DNA of 64,000 bases from Thecamonas trahens ATCC 50062 (Eukaryota; Protista; Apusomonadida): positions 54,593 to 118,592 of the forward strand of contig NW_013657638.1 in assembly GCF_000142905.1 (NCBI RefSeq). Direction: 5' to 3'. Below, piece after piece: positions 43,351 to 52,116 of the stretch. The position numbers were made by a program, and so were the translations under genes. The notes beneath the pieces were generated by a model. It was not told the DNA's origin and did no database searches. It was given only the letters and a program-made list of their open reading frames with translations. How positions within the stretch are numbered: the stretch's first letter is position 1; each line of letters opens with the position of its first letter.

Positions 43351-44394
43351 CTACGCCTCACCCTCGAGGTTTTTGGCCATGTTCTCGAGCATGTCGTCGA
43401 CAATCTCCTGCAGGCCGTAGCGCGGGGACCAGGCCCAATCGGCGCGAGCCAACGAGTCGTCGATGGAGCGCGGCCACGAGTCGGCAATGGCCTGGCGGAG
43501 ATCAGGCTTGTAGGTGACCTCAAAGTTGGGGATGCGGAGCTTGATGGCCTCCATAAACTCGGCGGCGGAGAAGGAGCACGACGTGAGGTTGTAGGTGGTA
43601 GTGGAGAGCGCGGCGCGGTCGGCCGCGATAAAGGCCGCGGTGCCGGCGAGGATGTCGGGCATGTAGGAAAAGGGCATGGTGGTCTCGGGCGCGAGGTAGC
43701 ACTCGTAGGTGCCGTCAGTGAGGGCAGCGAGAGGGGCGGCGCAGGCGTAGTCGGTGGTCCCGCCGCCGGGCGGGGCCTTGTACGAGATGACGCCGGGGTA
43801 GCGGAGCGAGCGGTAGTCGAGGCCGTGCTTGGCCGCGCCCCAGCGGCCCATGGACTCGCCGTAGACCTTGGACGCACCGTAGTTGGTTGTCGGCTCGGTG
43901 ATGGTCGAGTTGGGCACGTCATCGCGCGGAGTGGTCGGCCCAAAGGCAGCGATGGACGAGGGCGAGAAGACGGTGAGATTGTGGGCGAGCGCGGCCGAGA
44001 TGACGTTGTACTGGCCAAGGGTGTTGACCTCGTACGCGCGCCGCGGGTTGGCCTCGGCAGCGCCCGACACAATGCCGGCCAGATGGACGAGAACGCTGAT
44101 GTCGTTGTTGACAATGACCTCGTCGAGCGACTCGGGCCGGGTCACGTCACAGTAGGCAAACTCGCCAAGCGACGACGACTTGTGCGGGCGGCGGATGTCG
44201 GTGGCCAGCACGTTGTCGCCATTAGCCCGCAGCACGTCCACTAGCTCCATCCCGATCTGGCCCAGAGCACCCGTCACCAGAACATTCGATCCGCTGCATG
44301 CCCCCGCCGTTGACGACAGCGCCGCCGCGGCTCCTGCCGCCGCATGCTTGCGCAGCATGCCTCCAGCGGCAACCATGCTCATAGTCCGGAACAT
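43351..44394 (-). CDS. TDH: Mitochondrial L-threonine 3-dehydrogenase (SDR)
   Basis: VLVTGALGQIG, PSSIAAFG, YGASK, LDYRSLRYPG, PGGGTTDYA, RQAIADSWP. Confidence 0.93.
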   Translation of the reverse strand: MFRTMSMVAAGGMLRKHAAAGAAAALSSTAGACSGSNVLVTGALGQIGMELVDVLRANGDNVLATDIRRPHKSSSLGEFAYCDVTRPESLDEVIVNNDISVLVHLAGIVSGAAEANPRRAYEVNTLGQYNVISAALAHNLTVFSPSSIAAFGPTTPRDDVPNSTITEPTTNYGASKVYGESMGRWGAAKHGLDYRSLRYPGVISYKAPPGGGTTDYACAAPLAALTDGTYECYLAPETTMPFSYMPDILAGTAAFIAADRAALSTTTYNLTSCSFSAAEFMEAIKLRIPNFEVTYKPDLRQAIADSWPRSIDDSLARADWAWSPRYGLQEIVDDMLENMAKNLEGEA

Positions 44395-45019
44395 TGCAAG
44401 TAGAGTCACCAAGGATATATCTGAGGGTGTGCGTGTGTGTGGTGGTGGTGGTGGTGTGTGTGTGTGTGTGTGACAAGTGGGGCTAGTGGCCCGTCCCTGC
44501 CCCTGCCCCCCCTGCCCCTGGCCTTGTGACTGCTGTCCGAGGATTGTCCCAGGTGGCGAGACGGTCTATTTTTGGTGTCGAATGTCCGAGCGGAGGATGG
44601 AGGAGGGGGGGATGGGTGTGAGGTGGGGGGGGGGGGTAAGTGGGGGTGGTGTGAGTGGGGGTGGTGGGTGGGTGGTGAGTGGGTGTGAGGGACGTCTAGN
44701 NNNNNNNNNNNNNNNNNNNNNNNNNNNNNNNNNNNNNNNNNNNNNNNNNNNNNNNNNNNNNNNNNNNNNNNNNNNNNNNNNNNNNNNNNNNNNNNNNNNT
44801 CAGTAGCAAAGATGACGAGAGTGAGGACAATGAGAGAGGCAACCAAGCACATGGTTATGTGTGTGGGTGAGTAGGAGGAGGAGGAGGAGAAGGAGGAGGG
44901 GGGAGTGTGGTGGAGTGAGGTATGCTGTGGCTGTGGCGGTGGCTTGCCGCTTGCATGCCGCAAGTCACACGACTTGCTACATGTGCGCGTGCAGCAATTG
45001 GGGGAGCGGGGGACGATGC

Positions 45020-45530
45020 GAGATGATGGAGATGATGGAGATGATGGAGATGATGGAGATGATGGAGATGATGGAGCTGATGATGGAGATGATGGAGATG
45101 ATGGAGATGATGGAGATGATGGAGCTGATGATGGAGATGATGGAGATGATGATGATGGAGATGATGGAGATGATGGAGATGATGGAGATGATGGAGATGA
45201 TGGAGATGATGGAGATGATGGAGATGATGGAGATGATGGAGATGATGGAGCTGATGGAGATGATGGAGATGATGGAGATGATGGAGATGATGGAGATGAT
45301 GGAGATGATGGAGATGATGGAGATGATGGAGATGATGGAGATGATGGAGATGATGGAGATGATGGAGATGATGGAGATGATGGAGATGATGGAGATGATG
45401 GAGATGATGGAGATGATGGAGATGATGGAGATGATGGAGATGATGGAGATGATGGAGATGATGATGATAATGATGGAGATGATGGAGATGATGGAGATGA
45501 TGGAGATGATGGAGATGATGATGACAATGA
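45020..45530. repeat. 9-bp tandem repeat (GATGATGGA)n, about 55 copies
   Basis: Directly visible, with GCT and GAT variants. Confidence 0.97.
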
Positions 45531-45699
45531 TGTTGGCTCATCCGCATGCCCCCCCCCCCCATTTCTTGGGCACATGTGCGGTAGAAGCCATGGCCCACGG
45601 ATTCTCCTCATTCCCCCCGCATGCGAAGAGATACGGCCGGCCGAGGTCAGGCACCGTCCCGCACACCGCTCTCTTGCTCAAGCAGTCAACAGCCAAGAC

Positions 45700-46884
45700 A
45701 TGGTCAACCCCTACACGGCGTACGGGAGCCAGAGCGGGGGAGGGACCGGATACGGAGGCCCGCAGCCGTCGTTTGCGGCCGAGGAGGGGCCTGGGGCGGC
45801 GATATGTCGCCTCTGCCTCCATGCTGGAGGGTCTGGCGAGGAGATGATTGCGCCATGCGCGTGCTCGGGATCGGTCAAGTGGGTCCATCGCGATTGTCTG
45901 GATACGTGGCGGGCGGTTGCGCCGCGGCAGGAGTCGTTCTATGCCTGTGATCTCTGTGGCTCCAAGTATGTGTTTGACGAGGTGAGCAAGAAGCCGTCCA
46001 AGATGCACTTCTATCTGCTGGTTGCCCGCGACATTGCTACTGTCTTTCTCATCGTCAATGTGTTCATTGTCCTCGTGGGCCTCGCCATCCAGGCTGTCTT
46101 CCAGCCCAAGGATGCTATCATCAACCGATTCTCGGCCACCCGGTGGATGTCGGAGCACTGGAACGACCACTTTGTCGACTTTATTGTCATCTACACCTGC
46201 GGCGGCCTGTTTGTCTTCTTCGTCCTTGGCTGCATGGCCATCACCTACGGCTTCTACCGAATGCTGGTGTGGTGCACCGGGTGCGACGAGACGTCGGCCG
46301 CCCATCGCGAGCCGCCGCCGCCGTACGAGGCGGCCAAGGCGTACCCATATCGCCGGGCGCGGCAGCCGTGCCGGCTCGACGGTTGCTACTACATCTACTG
46401 TGACACGCCGACGTACTACGGCTCTGGCTACCGCTCGGACCCATACATCGGCGGGTGCAACTGCTGCCTCGAGTGCTGCGATGGGTGCACGCGCGGGTGC
46501 GAGGTCTCGGGCTCGAGCGACTGCTCCGGCAGCTCGTGCTCGGGCGGATCCGGCTCTTCCAACAGCAAGGACGGCGAGGCGCTGATCATCATTGCCATCG
46601 TCATTGTTGCCGTCATCATTATTGTCGGCGTCTTTGTGGGCATCATCCTCCTCTCAATGCTGGTCTCCAAGATCGTCCAGCGCCGCGTCCGGGTCATGAA
46701 CATGCGCGAGCGGACCAAGGTGTACGTCGTCCGCGACCTCGCCCGCCACCCGCTGCCGCCGCCGGGATCGACGACGGCTCTCGCGGCGGTCGTCCCGCCG
46801 CCGGTCCGCGCTGTCAACGGCTTTGCCGAGGACGAGCTGCTGCTCAAGGCAGCAGCGCCGCCACCGTCGTTTGCGGCTGTCTGA
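45700..46884 (+). CDS. RING-CH (MARCH-like) membrane E3 ubiquitin ligase
   Basis: CRLC…PCACSGSVKWVHRDCLDTW…CDLC; three TM helices with a Cys-rich loop; VARDI and YVVRDL motifs as in plant RING-CH proteins. Confidence 0.88.
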   Translation: MVNPYTAYGSQSGGGTGYGGPQPSFAAEEGPGAAICRLCLHAGGSGEEMIAPCACSGSVKWVHRDCLDTWRAVAPRQESFYACDLCGSKYVFDEVSKKPSKMHFYLLVARDIATVFLIVNVFIVLVGLAIQAVFQPKDAIINRFSATRWMSEHWNDHFVDFIVIYTCGGLFVFFVLGCMAITYGFYRMLVWCTGCDETSAAHREPPPPYEAAKAYPYRRARQPCRLDGCYYIYCDTPTYYGSGYRSDPYIGGCNCCLECCDGCTRGCEVSGSSDCSGSSCSGGSGSSNSKDGEALIIIAIVIVAVIIIVGVFVGIILLSMLVSKIVQRRVRVMNMRERTKVYVVRDLARHPLPPPGSTTALAAVVPPPVRAVNGFAEDELLLKAAAPPPSFAAV

Positions 46885-46919
46885 CGCGCGTGCGGGGCGA
46901 TCGAGCCTGTAAATTGTCT

Positions 46920-47855
46920 TTACCCGTGCAGCGCATGCGCAGCGCCCAGCATCGCGCACAGCTGGGCGACATTCATCTTGCCCTTGCCGCGGACGGCGGC
47001 CAGGGTGGCGGACGCGTCGGCGGCGCCAGAGGCAAACGCGTCGAGCTGGCGGGCGACGGTCTTGAGGCCAACCTTGGTCCGGGCGGCGGCGTCCTCGGCA
47101 GACTCGCCGTTCATGGCGCAGGCGAGGACGGCGTAGACCTTCTTGGGCCCGAGTGCAAACGGCGCGAGCCAGCGGTACCGCCGGGCGATGTAGGTCTCCA
47201 TGGCACCGTCATGCGCGGCAGCCTTGGCGAGAGTGAGCCCGATCCGCGGGCCGGCGAGCGGAACAAACCGCGGCTCCAGCTCGGCTTCGACCGGAAAGAT
47301 GCCGAGGAGCGGACAGGCAGTGGCGGGCGCAAGGCCGTCGGCGCCGATGTTGCCGCCGCTGGCGTGCACGAGCTCGACGATGGATGGCACGCCTGCGGCG
47401 TCGAGCAGAGAGTGAACCACGTTGCACGGACCAGAGACCAGCGGCGCAGCATGTTCGTTCGCCTCTCCTAGCTCGATGACGCCGCGGAGGAGCATGCCGG
47501 CGTAGACAGAGCCGGCGCGGCCAAAGGTGATGTCGACGCCCTTGAACGAGCCGCCCTTGTACTTTGCGTTTGGCGCGTTGCTCGCGCGATGAAAGTACCA
47601 CTGCCCGGGCGAGGCCTGCTCCGCATGGGCATGGGCAAACGGATCGGCGTGGCCGGTAGCCTCATCGCCCAGCACATACGCTTCGAGCTCGACCATGCGG
47701 AATCGCTTCCCGCTCGCGCTCCTGATCTCGAACCTGTGCATGAGCGCCTCTGCCATATCCGCCAACTCGCCCTCGGGATTGCTGGTGAACGCCGCCGATG
47801 TTGGATCGCACAAAGCCGCGAGCAGTCCTGTCTCTATACTGCCCTCATCAGCCAT
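46920..47855 (-). CDS. MPG/3-methyladenine DNA glycosylase-fold-like protein with C-terminal helical/HTH-like region
   Basis: RFRMVELEAY, DPFAH, GQWYFH, GMLLRG, SGPC and GPRIGL parallel AAG/MPG motifs (RIVETEAY, VLLRA, SGP, RVGV). Confidence 0.65.
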   Translation of the reverse strand: MADEGSIETGLLAALCDPTSAAFTSNPEGELADMAEALMHRFEIRSASGKRFRMVELEAYVLGDEATGHADPFAHAHAEQASPGQWYFHRASNAPNAKYKGGSFKGVDITFGRAGSVYAGMLLRGVIELGEANEHAAPLVSGPCNVVHSLLDAAGVPSIVELVHASGGNIGADGLAPATACPLLGIFPVEAELEPRFVPLAGPRIGLTLAKAAAHDGAMETYIARRYRWLAPFALGPKKVYAVLACAMNGESAEDAAARTKVGLKTVARQLDAFASGAADASATLAAVRGKGKMNVAQLCAMLGAAHALHG

Positions 47856-47987
47856 GGTATGTGCGTGTGTGTGGAAGGGTGGTGGTGGTGGGTGTGGGGA
47901 TGGGTACAATGGAAAGAAAGAGGTGTGGGCGGTTCGGATGGAAGGGATGAGTTGATAAGCGTTCATCGTTGCCCTTCGACCCACTTT

Positions 47988-48173
47988 GCATAATCGTTGC
48001 CATTCAATCAATCTCGTTCATCCCCCCACCTCCCCCTTCGCATAATCGTTGCCATTCAATCAATCTCGTTCATCCCCCCACCTCCCCCTTCGCATAATCG
48101 TTGCCATTCAATCAATCTCGTTCCATCCCCCCCCCCCTTCGCATAATCGTTGCCATTCAATCAATCTCGTTCA
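47988..48173. repeat. ~52-bp tandem repeat, 3.6 copies, invariant core GCATAATCGTTGCCATTCAATCAATCTCGTT
   Basis: Copies start at 47988, 48040, 48092 and 48141. Confidence 0.95.
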
Positions 48174-48346
48174 ACAGCCAACCGGCGGCGACCGGCCCAA
48201 GTCACGTGTCCCTCAGCCACTTACAGGTCACACGCACAAGCCACGGCGTACAACCCGCACACGGTGCGATACCCATTCCCATACCTCTCTCCCTCTCCCT
48301 CCCTCCCTCCCCCCACCAACAACCCGCCTCCCACCACCCTCAGGTC

Positions 48347-49630
48347 ATGCAGGTAGCAGACGCATATGCGGCGTCGTTGCGTACCGCGGCCGGGCGGCGT
48401 AGCGAGCGCAATCCTCCCAACTACGACATACTGCTGGGCATGCAGATGGTGCTGGGCATCTGGCCTGGGACCTCACCGACGCTCACTGTGGTCAACGCCA
48501 TGTTTGTGTGGGCACTGGTCATTGCTGGCTTTGCCACCGAAGTCTATCTCCTCCTCTCGCACTCGCTCTACCGCGCCCTCGTCGAGGTCATCCTCAAGGT
48601 CATCGTCACCGTCGCCGCCCTCGGCTTCTCCATCCACTACTTTGGCCGCGAGCACGGCTTTGAGTACCTCGTCGCCCTCGTCCGCCGAACATGCAACAAC
48701 GGGTGCGCAAAGACAAAGGCCGAGGCCCGCTCCTCCTTCCGCCTCCTCTCGCTCGGCCATCTGGTCGTCCTTGCCGCCGCCATCGTCGCCTTCTCACTCC
48801 TCGACATCATGGCCTTTGACTACGACGTGCGGACGTACGTGACCGGCGACATTCCGCTGATCATCACCGTCGTCGTCAAGACCGGTCTCGTCCTCCGCAC
48901 CATGTTCACCCTCACCTTCCTTATGTTCTACTCGCTCACCTGCTTCCTGCACTCGGTGCTGGTCAAGCAGCTCCTCCGCTCGCTCGCCGCCGCCCCGCGC
49001 GACCTCGGGCCGGTCTACTCGCTCCATTCGAAGACGCTGCTCTCGCTCCGCGCCACCTCTTCGTCGTTTTCCATTGTCTCGGCCTGCATCCTCGTCCAGA
49101 CCTCAGTCCAGTTCCTCTACCTAACATGGGACTCGATGGTCACTTCGCGCGGCGTCGGCTACGTCGTCGCCCGCCTCTGCACCCAAATCCTGTGTATCTA
49201 CCTTGTCACATGCGTTCCCGCGGCAACCTCGTACCTCTGCGCCCGCGTTGCCTTTGAGGCCAACTCGCTCCTTGCCGCAACGTCGCCTCTCCTCGGCTTT
49301 GGCTCTGCCCCGCCCTCGCCGCCTGCCGCCTCGCCGTACAACTCGGTCCCGCCGTCATCGTCTGTCGGCGTCACCCCGGGCGACGAGCCGCTGCTCCCGC
49401 TCCTGGCCTCACACACCGTCTCCTCGCCCGCCCGCGGCGCACACGTCCACGAGCACGCCTGGCAGTCCTCACTCTCCGCCCTCGCCACCTACTTTGCCCG
49501 CTCTGACTTTTTCCTCTCCGTCTGCGGCGTTCCGCTCTCCCCGACCACTGCTGCCCTCCCGTTCTACGTCTACACCGTCTGGGCCATCCTTGCTGCCTGG
49601 GGCGCCCTCACCCGGCATGCCACCGGCTGA
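48347..49630 (+). CDS. Gustatory-receptor-like (GRL/DUF3537-type) 7TM protein
   Basis: About 7 TM helices, no signal peptide, long loop before the last helix, terminal ALATYFARSDFFLSVCGVPLS hairpin typical of TM7a in this superfamily. Confidence 0.65.
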   Translation: MQVADAYAASLRTAAGRRSERNPPNYDILLGMQMVLGIWPGTSPTLTVVNAMFVWALVIAGFATEVYLLLSHSLYRALVEVILKVIVTVAALGFSIHYFGREHGFEYLVALVRRTCNNGCAKTKAEARSSFRLLSLGHLVVLAAAIVAFSLLDIMAFDYDVRTYVTGDIPLIITVVVKTGLVLRTMFTLTFLMFYSLTCFLHSVLVKQLLRSLAAAPRDLGPVYSLHSKTLLSLRATSSSFSIVSACILVQTSVQFLYLTWDSMVTSRGVGYVVARLCTQILCIYLVTCVPAATSYLCARVAFEANSLLAATSPLLGFGSAPPSPPAASPYNSVPPSSSVGVTPGDEPLLPLLASHTVSSPARGAHVHEHAWQSSLSALATYFARSDFFLSVCGVPLSPTTAALPFYVYTVWAILAAWGALTRHATG

Positions 49631-49637
49631 TCTGCGC

Positions 49638-49706
49638 TTGCCTGCGCCCTTGCCTGCGCCCTTGCCTGCGCCCTTGCCTGCACTCTCGCCTGCGCTCTCA
49701 CCTGCA
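49638..49706. repeat. 12-bp tandem repeat (CTTGCCTGCGCC)n, degenerating towards the 3' end
   Basis: About 5-6 visible copies. Confidence 0.8.
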
Positions 49707-50316
49707 CCCGTTTGTGCCCGCACTCGCGTGCTTGCCCACCCAGTCGCCGCTTGTTCCATCTGTCTCGGTCAAGCCGCGTCATCTTGGCTCTCGTCGCACC
49801 CCACACCCCGCTGTGCCCTCAATCACCCCACCCCACCCCACCACCCCTCATCCTCCTCCCACCCACTCGCCTCGCCCCTCGTCTCGTAACACAAAACCAA
49901 TCACAATCACTAAACCCCTCTCGCCCATCCACATTGCGACTTGCGAAGCCCACCACCTGTCGCGCAGATCCTTCCACCCTAGCGTATAATTCCAGATTCA
50001 TGGGGTGACTANNNNNNNNNNNNNNNNNNNNNNNNNNNNNNNNNNNNNNNNNNNNNNNNNNNNNNNNNNNNNNNNNNNNNNNNNNNNNNNNNNNNNNNNN
50101 NNNNNNNNNNNNNNNNNNNNNNNNNNNNNNNNNNNNNNNNNNNNNNNNNNNNNNNNNNNNNNNNNNNNNNNNNNNNNNNNNNNNNNNNNNNNNNNNNNNN
50201 NNNNNNNNNNNNNNNNNNNNNNNNNNNNNNNNNNNNCCGTTCCCTTACCCCCTACCCTCCCCCTCCCCCCTCCCCCCCCACCCCCCCCCCCCCCCTTCAC
50301 ACCACCCCTTCCAACC

Positions 50317-52095
50317 ATGCGGGTCAAGGTCAAGTGGAAGAAGAGCCAGCTCGAGATAGAGGTCGACAGGTCGGCCCCGGTCACAGCCTTCCTGCAGCAG
50401 CTACAGACGGTCACGGGCGTCCTCCTCGCCCATCAGAAGGTGCTGGTGCCAGGCGGCCGCCTCCGGGCCGACGCGGTGTGGAGCGACTATCCGCGGATGA
50501 AGAATGGGTGCGCGGTGATGCTCTTCGGCTCGCCGTCAGTCGATCCGCGTCTCCAGTCGCACATCTTCACCATGCTTCCCGACGAGCTGCTGCTGGCCAT
50601 CTTCCGCTTCCTCGACGTCACCTCGCTCGCCCGCGCCCGCCAGGTCTGCATCCGCTTCTGCGCCGTCGCCTCGGACGCTTCGCTCTGGCGCCCGGTCTGC
50701 GACGCCGGCGAGTTTCGCCTCGAGCACGTCTTGGATGCCTCCATCCGCGGCGATACCTCCCTCCATCGCTTTCATCGCATGTTCTGCCACAACCTCAACC
50801 GCGCAAGGACGTGGGCCGAGGCCGACGTCGATTGCACCCTCCTCGCCTATGGTGACACTGCCCCGCGCACACTCCACACTCTGCAGTTCTCGCCGCTCTT
50901 CCTCTGCGCCTCGGAGCGCCGCGCCATCGCTAGCCCCGAGTCGCTCGCCGCGCCCGGCAAGATCCACGTTTGGTCCATGGCCGACGGATCGCCGGTCAGC
51001 ACCCTCACCGCCACGTCGTCGGCCCTCATCCACTTTCGCTTTGCCCGCTCCACTCTTGTTGCTGGCGCTGCCGACGGCGCTCGCGTCTGGGATCTCGATA
51101 CCATGGCCTGCCGCGGCTATCTTGCCGCCGGTGACTCCATCGCCGCCGTCGACGTCCTCCCCTCCGCCAACGCGTGCATCCTCGCCCCAACTGCTGCGCC
51201 CGGCCTTGCACTCTACGACCTTGAGACCGAGGCTCAGCTCCGCTGCCTTGCACCGGGCCCACTGGCCCGCGAGTGCCTCCGCCCCTCGTGGGCCTTTGTC
51301 GACTTTACTGCCCGCACCTCGCGCTCGGCCGTCCCGCTCTGGTCGATGGTCTCACTTCGGCCGCTCGCTCACGCTGCGCCGAGCGAGGCACCAGGGAGCT
51401 CGACCGCCGATGCACTGCCACTTCTTGACCTTGACACCATTTCGGGCCCGCTGGCGCACGACCCGCTGCCTGCCGCGACGGGCGAAGACGATTCGGGCTT
51501 TGCGCAACCTGTTCCAGCCCCGATCATCTCTCACATCCTACACGACGCCGCTGCCGCCGCCAATCCATTCATGCACTGCTCCGCGGCGTCCGATCACCTC
51601 GTCGCCGGCTTCACTCCTTCACAGGCGTACGTCTTTGACATTCGTGCTCCGCTCCCGGTTCGATCCTTTGCTGCAAACAGCGCCGGCCGCAACTCAAAGA
51701 TCACGCCCAACCTCCACGGCGCACTCTCGGCGTCGGGTCGGTTCACCCTGACCGATCTCGGCACGTCCAAGCCCATTCTCTCCATCCGCCCCGACACAGA
51801 CATTACCACCCACGCCCAGACTCACGCCATGGACTTTACCGCGGTCCGTGCCGTCTTTGCCTTGGCCACCATGCGCTACCCTGTCGTCTCGGTCGTCGAT
51901 TTGCAGACCGGTGACCCGATGGCGTTTCTGGACGACCCTGTGCTCATCGACCGTGTGTCAGGGGGAGCCCGCGGAAATGGCGTTTACTTTCCCGGCTCGA
52001 TGTCGTCGCTTCTGCAGGCCTCGCACGAGCTCGTAGTCTGCGGGCAACGGACCGACGGCGTCTCGATCTGGGCCGCCGGCCTCGCGCCGTTTTGA
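50317..52095 (+). CDS. UBL (USP14/Ubp6-like) + F-box + WD40-like protein
   Basis: VKVKW…TGV…QKVLVPGG…VMLFGS; LPDELLLAIFRFLDVTSLARARQVC…DASLWR; IHVWS, ARVWD, LYD, VFD propeller strands. Confidence 0.85.
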   Translation: MRVKVKWKKSQLEIEVDRSAPVTAFLQQLQTVTGVLLAHQKVLVPGGRLRADAVWSDYPRMKNGCAVMLFGSPSVDPRLQSHIFTMLPDELLLAIFRFLDVTSLARARQVCIRFCAVASDASLWRPVCDAGEFRLEHVLDASIRGDTSLHRFHRMFCHNLNRARTWAEADVDCTLLAYGDTAPRTLHTLQFSPLFLCASERRAIASPESLAAPGKIHVWSMADGSPVSTLTATSSALIHFRFARSTLVAGAADGARVWDLDTMACRGYLAAGDSIAAVDVLPSANACILAPTAAPGLALYDLETEAQLRCLAPGPLARECLRPSWAFVDFTARTSRSAVPLWSMVSLRPLAHAAPSEAPGSSTADALPLLDLDTISGPLAHDPLPAATGEDDSGFAQPVPAPIISHILHDAAAAANPFMHCSAASDHLVAGFTPSQAYVFDIRAPLPVRSFAANSAGRNSKITPNLHGALSASGRFTLTDLGTSKPILSIRPDTDITTHAQTHAMDFTAVRAVFALATMRYPVVSVVDLQTGDPMAFLDDPVLIDRVSGGARGNGVYFPGSMSSLLQASHELVVCGQRTDGVSIWAAGLAPF

Positions 52096-52116
52096 CGCCA
52101 GCGTGTCGACCCACAT

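Noticed and set aside
44800-44852. Signal-peptide-like minus-strand ORF MCLVASLIVLTLVIFAT running into a gap
   Set aside because: Too short and interrupted by Ns to support a gene
44855-45847. (HLH)n, (MME)n and (SPS)n ORFs
   Set aside because: Translation by-products of a 9-bp tandem repeat
6270-47855. HMCES, Treslin, RNASEH2A and the MPG-like gene as a DNA-repair gene cluster
   Set aside because: Spread over 40 kb among unrelated genes; no evidence of functional clustering
47988-48173. 31-bp repeat with ~20-bp linkers as a CRISPR array
   Set aside because: The linkers are identical or near-identical C-rich tracts, not distinct spacers
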